Below the pieces are notes generated by a model. It made no database searches. It saw nothing but the letters and a program-made list of their open reading frames with translations, and was not told where the DNA came from. Below are positions 1 to 11,100 of a stretch of DNA of 64,000 nucleotides, piece by piece. Source of the stretch: Podarcis erhardii (lineage: Eukaryota); assembly GCA_964252035.1 (NCBI GenBank), contig OZ176203.1; one strand, written 5' to 3'. How positions within the stretch are numbered: the stretch's first letter is position 1; each line of letters starts with the position of its first letter. The position numbers and the translations under genes were made by a program.

Positions 1-1039
1 CGTGATTTGGTTGCTGTCTGGTCACATCATTGGACCATGTTTTTTATGAGCTCCTGGCATATCAAACACACAACAGCAACTTATTAGTAGAATAAATTTG
101 TAGAAAACATACCCAGTCCAAGGCATTGCAAGAGGTGCTCAGCTGGGTGATTACTATTCCATGAAAGGTTGTTGCTTTTACTTCACCTTGAAAATAATCA
201 AATCTGTGGTTAGTTACACACTGAGTATGCTCATTGATATTTATCATTAAGTGGTGCTTGACATCTGATTGGAGCAAGGTGAAAAATCTTAAACAATTAC
301 TAATGTTCAGATCTGTGTGCTAGAAGATGAGAGCAAAACAGAGAAATATACCAGTCAGGGAACAGTGTCTTATGTAGAATCTCTTCAAGAGCACGCATTT
401 TCAATTCAATGCCGAACATTTCTCTTTGACAATGTCATTTCCCTCTGCACTTTTTGAGTATACAGAAATAATGGCTAAAGATAAAAATTAGGTAAATAGA
501 AATGAATTAAATGTAATGGACTTTCTGTCACTTTGTAATGAAGGTTGCAATTGGAATCAATAACTTGCATCCCAGTTCTAAACCCATATATGTGGAAACA
601 TGTACTGTATTCCCAAATAAGTGGGTATAGGAGTATTAAATGGTATTTAATACATGATGTTCAAAAAATTAAAAAAGCCTTATTTGCCTCTTATCTTCAC
701 TATAAAATAACTAAATTATCTATATGTATAATATGTGCTTTTTTTAAAAAAAGAAAACTTACAGCATTGGAGTATACAGAGAGAAAAGGATAAAGGGGAG
801 ATTGTATATGTATTCAGTATGTGTTGAGGGTTCTGTCGAGGTCCAGTTTTCTAACAACATGGTGGACAAATAACTCGAAATATACATAGGGATATACATG
901 TGCCCTACTAGTGCACAGGTACAGTGTAGATATTGCCCACCTGACCACTTTTTTAAAATGTCATGCCATCACATACACTGAGACGCATTCAGTGCTGTAG
1001 CTCTGCTGGTGAAAGGGACTTCCTTTTCATCTCCTGGCC

Positions 1040-1183
1040 CCTCCAGCTCCTGCACACCCTCAAAATCATCTCCAGGAGTTGGGGGCCCTCTGGAGCACAT
1101 TTTTTTGGGGGAATGTAGGGGGAAAGGGGAAATGGAAGTCTTGCTGTGCCAACTGAATCCAGCTTGTGCAACAGCATTGGATA
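1040..1183. repeat. Degenerate interspersed repeat (old MITE-like, internal imperfect hairpin)
   Basis: Imperfect palindrome CCCTCAAAATCATCTCCAGGAG...CTCTGGAGCACATTTTTTTGGGGG; locally GC-richer than flanks; resembles a recurrent squamate repeat (recalled, not searched). Confidence 0.35.
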
Positions 1184-1185
1184 TG

Positions 1186-1201
1186 ATAATAATAGTAATA
1201 A

Positions 1202-1277
<76 letters not shown>
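1186..1277 (+). repeat. Compound microsatellite (TAG)n/(TAA)n
   Basis: Directly visible trinucleotide run; explains the poly-I/L/Y/S/N/V ORFs at 969-1442. Confidence 0.98.
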
Positions 1278-1278
<1 letters not shown>

Positions 1279-1332
1279 TAATACCCCACCCATCTGGCTG
1301 GGTTTCCCCAGCCATTTGGGGAGCTTACAGTT
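1278..1332 (-). mobile_element. LINE (L2-type) extreme 3' end with microsatellite tail
   Basis: Minus strand reads ...AAATGGCTGGGGAAACCCAGCCAGATGGGTGGGGTATATATTATTATT..., resembling the recalled lizard L2 3' terminus running into a (TTA)n tail. Confidence 0.6.
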
Positions 1333-1824
1333 TTAGGGAGAGGGCCGCACATAGGTCATTTTTAAAAAATTTGACAGGAAATTTCATTATAACTAGGTTT
1401 CTGCCTGTGCTCATATTAGTTAGAAACGGTGCACAAAAATAATTGTTGAAGAACTTTTCTTGTTTTCACTTGTGCTTGGAAATTAGTTGCAAGAAAGACC
1501 TGGTTCAGACGTCATAGTCTGATCTTTTAAATTATTGTGTGTTTTTAGGATTGGAAATAAATAATGAACTTCTTTCTTCTATTTCTGACCTTAGTTTTAC
1601 TGTAGCATTCCAATCAGGCAAACTGGAGTTAGCAGTAATTTCCAAAACATGGTTTGAAGTTGGTGTGCAAACTATGTTTTGGAGGTAGTGCTATCCAGTT
1701 GTCTGATTCGGATGTCATGGTTATGTTTGAAAGAAAGCTGGAAATGGAAGAAGAAACTAGAATATGGTAGGGATAAGAGAATGTGCAAGACCTTGTGCTT
1801 TCATCAGCACAACAGCTAAATTTG

Positions 1825-1945
1825 TGGAACTTGTGGTGCTCCAGTGATGTTAGACTCCCAACTCCTGTCAGTCCCAACCAGTATGACCAGTCAAGGTTGA
1901 TGGGAGCTTTAGTCCATCAGCATCTGAAGGACCAAAGGCTACCAG
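1825..1945. mobile_element. Degenerate short palindromic MITE
   Basis: GGAACTTGTGGTGCTCCAGTGATGTTAGACTCCCAACTCC...GATGGGAGCTTTAGTCCATCAGCATCTGAAGGACCAAAGG is imperfectly self-complementary, like the common squamate ACTACAACTCCCATC MITE. Confidence 0.45.
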
Positions 1946-2278
1946 AGCATTTTCTAAACTGAATCAAATATGTAATGCTTTAAGAATGGTCAAGTTAGTT
2001 TGATGTTTTTGGAAAGAAATAATGAATACTCTCATTTTATCTAAATTTGTTCAGCAGCCATTAAAAATGGGCAGGGGATAAATTTGTCCATGTGTTCTGA
2101 TGAAAAGAATTAAAACAAAAGAAAGGCACCTGAAGTGCTACCCTTTTTGTCTTGTCTTACATAGAGTCATACATTTAAATGTGTTCTATTCAAGTCAAAT
2201 AAGCAGCCTTTCTTTTATCATAGTACTTAATTATTTAGATTTTTTTTTAAAAAAAGAATGTGCATGCAATGGTAGAAC

Positions 2279-2622
2279 TAAAGGTAAAGGGACCCCTGAC
2301 CATTATGTCCAGTCGCGGACGACTCTGGGGTTGCGGTGCTCATTTCGCTTTACTGGCCGAGGGAGCCGGCGTACAGCTTCTGGGTCATGTGGCCAGCATG
2401 ACTAAGCCGCTTCTGGTGAACCAGAGCAGCGCACGGAAACACCGTTTACCTTCCTGCCAGAGTGGTACCTATTTATCTACTTGCACTTTGACGTGCTTTT
2501 GAACTGCTGGGTTGGCAGGAGCAGGGACCGAGCAACGGGAGCTCACCCCGCCGTGGGGATTCGAACCGCCAACCTTCTGATCGGCAAGCCCTAGGCTCAG
2601 TGGTTTAGACCACAGCACCACC
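2279..2622 (-). mobile_element. Sauria SINE (Squam1/POM type), near full length
   Basis: Minus strand has a tRNA-like head with B box GGTTCGAATCC, the typical body and an (ACCTTT) tail; closely similar to the copy at 53365-53725. Confidence 0.93.
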
Positions 2623-4951
2623 TGTTGTTATGCTACAAATAACGTAAATGAAACACGTCAAAATTGGCTTTTAAAAATAAATTTCTTTAAATTGCTGTCT
2701 TTTTTTACCATTGGAAGCAGGGGGAGGTTTTGCTTTTGAATCAGGGTATAGACCCAGCTATGGCGTTTACTAGAATAAGGATGAATATTTTGTAAATATT
2801 CTTGCCCAGTGTGTATTGGCTTACACCAAAAAAATAAATAAAAAATATTTAAATGTTTAATATTTAACTGTAAGCTGATCACATCTGAAGATATGGATAC
2901 ATCACAGAAGGGAATGCCATTTAAATCCATAATTTGCCAACCCACCAGTACCTCTCCAAGGTCAACCTGTGTAATTCAGAGCACTGTGTGCCATAGCAGA
3001 GGGGAATGCTTTTCAGGCAAGTTCTTGATCAAAACATATGCTGTAGGGATGTAGGACCTCTGTTCGAGATCTTTGACCTAAATGACTTCCTTTGTCCAAA
3101 CGTCGTAGTCCTTCTGGTACATTTGTCAATGGCCAGCAATGTGTGAAGGCTTCACATGCATTGAAGGTACTGAATATTCTTGTGCTGCATTTCTGAGGTG
3201 CTTTAATTACCTTGGAAGCACAGCAGGATTGCATAATTGATCCCATTACACCCCAGCTTGGAGCTGGGTAAGGAAGCAGGGGATTATCGGTGATATAGTT
3301 CTGTACTGCGGCACAGGAAAGCCTGACCCAATGTGGAGAGACAAGGTCCTGCTGGCAAGCCAAAGGTTGAGACTGAGTCCCAGCAAATATTTGTGGGCTC
3401 CTGCTGGATGCACTGCATGCAGAGTTTCATGCCACTGTGCATGTTATTGGATAGTGACTGCAATGGGTGCTGTGCCTATTGTTGACGAAGCTGTGAACCC
3501 TCGGCTCTTGATCACTCCATGGCTTCTGGGTCTTCCATCATCTACACATTGCATTTTATGCACGGAAATCTCTATTTTGCCCATTCTTAGTGTTTCTTTT
3601 TCTCTGAGGTCATCCATTTAATTATTCCTAATTTATCCATCCACCCATCCATCCAGTTTAACTATATTTACTACATATTAGCTGTATTAATTACCTGATT
3701 TATTACCTGTTCCTCACCCTTCATGTTCCTAGTACATTCCAGTATCTATGCTATATAGTTTGTAAAAAAAGAAAACAGGAAGGGCCCTTTCAAGGTACTT
3801 ACAGACTTTCTCTGATTCTGTGCCATATATTCCTTACCAAACTGTGATCTCAGTGTATGTGTTAGTTGGAGAAAGGTTGAAGAAGTCACTGAAGAAATGT
3901 ATAAACGATTGAGGTAACAGTATCCTCAGGGAGATTTCACTGCTCTAATTGATAGTTTTCCCTGAGATTTTGCTCATCCTATTAAACAAGTCCTTAGAGG
4001 AGCAAAACAGTAGGTTGACTCCTTGAGAGCAAAGGACAGTCTGACTTATTTACTGTGATTATCAATTGCCCTTTTCTTCATGAAAGGAAATACTTTTCCA
4101 CCTTTCTGAAACTGCTTGTAATGATGAGTAAGACAGTAAAGAATAGCCTACTTAAGTTCTGAACATTAGATGGGAATTTGGGAAACTTGAATGTCGTATT
4201 TCTTCTACTGAACTTGTGAAGGGTGCAGAGAAGCAAGTAACTAAACTGTTGTGCGTTGCAGAACCGGTTCTAAGCCATATTTCTAAATACATGATGCAAA
4301 TTCTTTAGGGTAAATTGCAGAGGCTGAAATTTATTGGTTTTACTACCTTGTTACTTAAAAGGCGCATTACCTTGTTAGTTAGAGTGCATAAAGCTCATGC
4401 TGGAGAGATGAGATGAGGTGCTAGCTTTGACCTCCTGTCCTCCACCCCACAAAAGCTCCATCACCATTGCTTTCCATGAGTTGGAAGCCTAATCTACTTG
4501 TGTGGGCTCCCAGTGCAATTTAGAATCTTGTAGGAGATTCTAAATCGCATGGGGAGCCTTTATGAATAGAAAAGCCTTCCAGGTTCATAAGCTACCCTCT
4601 AACTTGGGTAGGGTCACGGGGGGGGGGGGGTGAAGGCTAAAGCTAGTGAGCCCCTCCCACTCTTTTCACCTAAGGGCTACTGGCTAAAATCATTCTGTGA
4701 TATTTTGCAATCTAACATATGGTCTTAGAAATGATACAGTGGCTACTTGTTCTGCATGTTGGTGGGTTTTTTTAATGCGACAGGATTATATCAAGAAATC
4801 TTAGCTGCTGATGGCACCTATAATGCTCCTAGTCTTCCAGATCTTGACATTTCTGGTGCTTTGTTACACCTTCACCGTAGTTTCAGGTCCTATTCAAAGC
4901 ATAGCGTCATGCTTTGGTTTGAAGTTAATTACAGCTAGCACCGGCATTCTT

Positions 4952-6562
4952 TTTTATTATTTTTTTATTTGCTTTTTATTGAAATTTTCCACAGAAAACA
5001 AAAGGCATATAGCAAAACAAAAAGAAGAAAAAAGACAAACAAACAAAAGTAAAAATAAACACTCTTATCAATCAATGTTAAGTATCGTCCACTTATTTAC
5101 TTTGCGTTAACACGCCTCTTCACCTACCTCCTTTCCTGCTATGGTTTTCTTACATTTTTTCTTCTCCTGCAGTTTCTATGTCTGAAATTTACGCATAACA
5201 AGGTTTATGTTAGACCTACTGTAGTTTTTAATATGCTACAATTACTTTCAATATACGTCACAAATTTACTCCACTCTTCAATAAACTTTGTCTCTTTTTG
5301 ATATCTGATTTTGTTTGTCATTCTTGCTAATTCTGCATATTGAAATAATTTTGTTTGCCAATCTGTGATCGTGGGAATCTCGACTGATTTCCATTTTTGA
5401 GCTATCAGTATCCTAGCTGCCGTTGTCGCGTACTGAAATAAATTCTGGTCTTTTCTTTCAATTTCATCCCCAATTATTCCTAAGAGGAATGCCTCTGGTT
5501 TTTTTAAGAAGGTGTACCTAAAGATTTTTTTTTTTTAATTCATTATATATGAGCTCCCAAAACTTTTTAATTTTGTCACCCGCCCACCACATGTGGTAAA
5601 AATCCCCCTCCTTCTGCTTACATCTCCAGCACACTTTATTTCCACTTTTATACATTTTATCCAATTTTACCAGTGTGCTGTACCAACGATACATCATTTT
5701 CTCTAAATTTTCCCTTAGTGTGACACACACTGTAAATTTCATTCCTCTATTCCATAACCTCTCCCACTTGTCGTACTCTATATTATGTCCAACGTCCATG
5801 GCCCATTTTATCATTACCTCCTTTACTACTTCATCTTTTGTGTCCCATTCTAACAACAGATTATACATCTCGGCTAAAAGTTTAGTTTTCCCTTCTAATA
5901 CTTCTGTCTGGTATCTAGATTTTTTCTCATTCATCCCCAATTTTTTGTCCTCATTCCAAAGTGCATTTATCTGATGGTATTGCAACCAACCTGTTAATCT
6001 GTCTTTCAGTTCATCATATGATTTAATCTTCCAACCTTTTTCCGCTTTAATCAATATGTCTTCATATGTTAGCCTTTTCTCTTACATGTTCACTTTTTTT
6101 ATTGTTAAGATATCTGTCGGGGATAACCACCAAGGAGTGTTCTAAAAGTTTCTTGGTTTTTTCCCAAATTTCAAGCAATGCTCCTCTGAAAATATGATTG
6201 GAAAATCCTTTATGGACCTTCCCTTTGTTGAGCCACAAGTAAGCATGCCAACCATATCTATTGTTAAAGCCTTCTAAGTCTAACAAATCCAAATTCTCCA
6301 GAGTAATCTATTCTTTAAGCCAACACAGGCTGGAAGCCTCATAATATAATCTTAGGTTTGGCACGGCAAAGCCCCCTCTTTCTCTCCTATCTGTTAGTAT
6401 TTGAAACTTAATTCTTGGCCTTTTTGCCTGCCATATAAATTTTGAAAGACTTTTTTGCCATTCCTTAAAGATCGAAGATCCCCTAATTACCGGGATAGTT
6501 TGAAATAAGAACAGCATTTTTGGGAGGATATTCATCTTGATTGCCGCCATCCTTCCAGACTA
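4952..6562 (-). mobile_element. L1-clade LINE, 5'-truncated, with A-rich tail and 16-bp TSD
   Basis: ORF2 fragments (6308-6550 IKMNILPKMLFLFQ...ERGGFAVPNLRLYY; 5518-6054 with CWRC...HMWW Cys motif). A-rich tail with AATAAA at about 4952-4982. TSD TAGCACCGGCATTCTT (4936-4951) / TAGCACCAGCATTCTT (6563-6578). Confidence 0.95.
5250..6550 (-). pseudogene. L1 ORF2 C-terminal remnant (post-RT region and Cys-rich domain), frameshifted
   Basis: ORF-track segments 6308-6550, 6062-6292 and 5518-6054 are collinear ORF2 pieces broken by stops and frameshifts; coding similarity continues to about 5250. Confidence 0.85.
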
Positions 6563-7229
6563 TAGCACCAGCATTCTTGAAGATGGAGCCCTGGATAGCT
6601 CCAGAAGAAGAAGAAGGTTGTATGTGTGGAGGTGGGTTTGGGGGTGTTTAGCTTTATAACCTTTGCTAGCAAAGTAATGCATTTTTATCTGCAGAACTGT
6701 AGGTTAAACCAGAAGTGATACCAAAACGTGACTCAGCCAAAAATATTTATAAGGTGGGGTCGGGTCGTCAAGTTTTAAGAACAAAAGGGGTGTGCAGGTA
6801 AAAAGTACTTCCACCTTCTTGTGGCTTATCTCCACGCATTCTATTTCCCCTGGTACTTTTTGTCCCAGATGAAATCCCTTGGGGAAATTCATCTGCAGAG
6901 AAACAGACTGCACAGGGTTATGTTGCTCTTAAAATTGGACACTGAGCCCCATCAGACCGATATTTAAAGAGGAGGGCTGTCTCTTGTCTTGTTTCGTTCG
7001 GCTCTGTGAATCAAGGTGCTCAGCAGTACTTTGGCGATCGTGAAAGTTGCTTGCAAAATGCTGCTGGCTTTATCTCTATGCAGAACATTTACACTGAGGC
7101 TTCTCTGTGCATTCCTGACCTTGGGAAGAAGGGTCGTGCTGATTAAAAAGAAGAAGAAGAGAAGTAATTCTATGTATAAATCTAGCCCCAGAAATGGGCA
7201 ACTAAAAGATTGAACTGAAAATGTGTGTG

Positions 7230-7248
7230 ACACACACACACACACACA
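7230..7248 (+). repeat. (AC)n microsatellite
   Basis: Directly visible. Confidence 0.9.
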
Positions 7249-7966
7249 GAGTTTTTCTTTCTATAACATAATCTTTATTATTATTTGAACTGGAAAGTGT
7301 GTGGTGTATGCCTTGGAAATAAATGGAGAAGCTCTTTTCTATATATAATGTAGTATCCTAGTTGGATGGCATCAGTAAATGACCTTAAAATAATTTAAAG
7401 TGTTGTGCTTCTTTATTTGGGCCAATAGGGTATATAAACAGATGTCTGCAGTATTCGAGAACACCTAGAGGTGACTATGACAGAACTGTCTGTGTATATG
7501 TATAAACATTTTCCCCCCAATTTACATGTTTAAAAAGGCAGGTATTGGATAAACAGTATTTGGGAGTTTTGTAGTAACTGCATAGTTTGGGAGTGTGTAT
7601 AACCGCAGCAATATGTTGCCCTATATATTTACATAAAAAAAATAGAAACTTGGTGTGCAGCAAGCCAGTGATTTGATCAGATGCTTAGAAGACAATGTGT
7701 TTGTTCTTTTTGTTGCAAGGCAATCCAATTCATTCTTCTTCTATTTAGTTTAGCTTCTTTTGTCAGTCCCCAAACTAATGAGAATGGTTTACAATGGTCC
7801 TTTGCTGTCTAAACACCAAGCACATAAACGCTTTTCAATGGGGGAAAAACGCACAAGAAATGTGCCCAGAGATAATGCGTAGCCTGAGAAATACTTGTCT
7901 GCTGACAGCTATCCAACAGTGTTGTCACAGCAGGAAGACATCAGTTGAAGAAACAGATAGCGACCT

Positions 7967-8130
7967 NNNNNNNNNNNNNNNNNNNNNNNNNNNNNNNNNN
8001 NNNNNNNNNNNNNNNNNNNNNNNNNNNNNNNNNNNNNNNNNNNNNNNNNNNNNNNNNNNNNNNNNNNNNNNNNNNNNNNNNNNNNNNNNNNNNNNNNNNN
8101 NNNNNNNNNNNNNNNNNNNNNNNNNNNNNN
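7967..8130. other. Assembly gap (N run)
   Basis: N bases. Confidence 1.
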
Positions 8131-11100
8131 AAATCTTGATTACAGTTTGAAAACTATACAGTTTCCCTTGCCATTGAAGTGCAGATTATAGGGGTTAAGG
8201 CCATTCTAGGATTGGATTACCTCTTTATAGCTGTATGTTATTCCCCTTGTTCATGAATCAGAAAGTACTTAAATTAAACTGAACATTGGGGAGTAATCCT
8301 AACATGTATGAGTTTGGTGGCAGAAAATTAATCACTATTTAGTGACAGATTGTTAGCCATATAAGTCCTTCAGCCGGTGACTGAGCATTGGTCTTCCACA
8401 TGGTGAGCTGGGAAGTAGCAGAAAATGCTTATTTCTTTGTGAGTTAGCGGGTGGGGGAATCCTTTCAATTCATGTTAGCATGCATGTTCATGCGTGAAAG
8501 AGTTAGATTTTAAAATATTGCTGTATAAACTGAATACTGAAAGGGCAGCACCTAGCAAAAAATTAAGGCAACGGTGCAAACATGTCTAGAATTAACTTCC
8601 ATTGATAGTTGGGGTCAAATATACTGTGACAATGCTGAAAAAATTCATAGCATTTTAATGGAAGTTATCGTCCACTGTATGTACCAGGAATTCTTCAGCC
8701 ACAATGAGGCTAGAATTTGCTAATTTCATGCCCTAAATTCCCACCCTAAATCTAGGCTAAAATAGATTTTGAGGTCTGTTCCATCCCTATTGGAATGACT
8801 GAAGAAACTGAAAAAACAACAACCATGCACATAAGATGCTGAGGATTGAAGTGACCCTGCAAAATGCTGTTTAATTAGTTAATTAGATCATCAGATGACC
8901 AGCCCAGAACCTGTTCTTTCCATTTCCAGTGAGCATAACAATTCCAATATTTTCATAATATACAAAATGCTCATTTTCATTAATATCGCTTCAAATGCAG
9001 ACTGCACCCTTACTTCAGCAAATGTCCAGGCTTAATGGCAACACATTATCAAGGACCTTTAAATGACCCCCTTTATCTCTTCACAGGAAGGTCTTTGCAA
9101 AACGTGTTGTTGAAGGTTGTCTGCAGTTTTTTAAACCCACCATTCTGACTAGGAACTCACAACCTCAGCCAGACCATGGTTGGGAAAGAAACAAAACATT
9201 TACCAGGTTCTGGATGAAATGTAACAACAGATAAGTTTTTCATGGGTGTTCCACGAGCCAAGGAAGTAGCTTAGAAAAATGTGACTCTGATTGGCACATT
9301 GAAAACCAACCAACCAGAAATTTCCCCAGAGTTCCTTGCCCACCAATCTTCTCTTTATCTGAAAATAATACAATAGACAGTTAAAGGAATTAAGATTTGA
9401 CACTTGTAAGATAAGTGTGAAGGGAAGCAAGGACAGTGGTGATCCCTTCTGTGATTCTCCAGACTCAGTTCTAAGTCTGTGATCATTCTTTATTATAATA
9501 AGTCTAAATGTTTGGTGTGGACAACAACTCGAAGGCCCCCCCCATACTCACAAAATTCATATTGTATATATTTTTTGTAGCAGATACTTACCGCGTTTAC
9601 ATCTCTACAAAGTGATAAAGTACTATGTACTCTAGTGGGTGCTATGTAAGAACAAACACACAAACAATACACTTTTTACTATTTTCTTTCCTTCTGAGAG
9701 TAAAATTTACACTTGTTCCCAATTTGTTTGTGTTCGACATATTTCTGGATGTTTGAAGTGGGTGGTAGTACTGAGCAACTTAAAAGGGAATATGTTGAAT
9801 TGAGAAGCAGGTGCCTGAATGTTTGCTGAAGAAAACAGATCCTGCCAATAGGTTCAATGTCAGGTTGCTTCTCTGCAAAAATAAAATTAAATTGCAAAGT
9901 GCTTTCAAGAATGAGAGAGCTGACAAAAGCTTCCATACTTTCCTCACTTACTTCTTTTCAGAACCATCCCCACCCACTTGAAGAAGGTAAAAATGGAACA
10001 AAATCAGAGTTTATATTATTTTCAGTATTTTCCCCAGCCATTTTCCATCTCTGCTTATTGGAAAAAATGAACACCAGACCTGTTGAGGGCTTAGGTGCAG
10101 ATCTTTTGAAAGTGAATTCTGACACTGATGAGTTTCATGTATGGAGGTTTCCTCTGCCTTCGCCTAAGCCTAATAGTCTGTCTTCTTTAGCCAAGATCAG
10201 AACTGTGCAAAGTAATGGAGTAGTTATGAAAACTTCTGCATGAAAACTTTGATATGCAGAATTCTATCCAACATTTGGCAACAATCTAGGATATTCTCAC
10301 AGATTCTCCCCAGCAACGCATTCATCCCAGTCATACTTGGACACTCTTTTATTTCCCTGAACACCTCCCTGTGTCACATCTTGTGCAGTGTACCATATAC
10401 AGAATTGGAGAATATTGCAGATGGGGAGAATTTCGAAGAAAAGGTAGCGAAGGATGAATTTAAAGATTATGCTGAAATCCTCTTCTCATCTCTCCACAAA
10501 GACAGCGTGAAATCTCTGGGTTATCTCTGAGTACCTAATTTTTTCCTAAATGAAAGGATCTATATACCAATCTCATGTGAAATCTTGGTAGCATCCTGTT
10601 ACTTATTTCTCCACTGCCTGTGCTGTGGGAAGAAGAAAACAATGGTGGCTGGAAACTTGAAAACCAGTATTTGAGAGTCATGGGTAAATATATTGGCTTG
10701 GATCCTGAGTTTGATTCTGTGAACAGAACACAAAGTATACAAATGGAACAGTTTTTTCCCACCTGCACCCCCAATGGATCTTACTTGGGAGACTTGTGGG
10801 GTATATGTTGTGTGGGGCTGCAGATGGAGGAGTTACTTGGTAGAAGTCATCCCCCTACCTTATATCAGTGGAAGAGCAGGAGTCCCTAAACCTTCGGGGC
10901 CCATGAGAACATTTGGAACTTGTTTGTTTGCTGTAGGTAATTTTGCTAGTCATCTAATGGCTGCTATGGTTCTTGGGAGGCATGCTAAGTCACAAATTTT
11001 TGGGAGCCCTACACGGCTGTCTGCCCATCCACAAGTTCTCCTTGCTGTGTGTGTATTTCTGGAAGGAAGGTGATCAAGCAAGGCAGCTATCTAGAAGGAG

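Noticed and set aside
969-1442. Six overlapping ORFs with poly-I/L/Y/T/S/N/V runs
   Set aside because: Translation artefacts of the (TAA)/(TAG) microsatellite
2100-2502. ORFs over the SINE, also 53351-53596
   Set aside because: Read-through of GC-rich Sauria SINE sequence, not genes
3013-3621. ORFs 3013-3363 (-) and 3331-3621 (+); considered a DIRS recombinase or processed pseudogene
   Set aside because: No convincing motif in any frame; lengths within chance expectation
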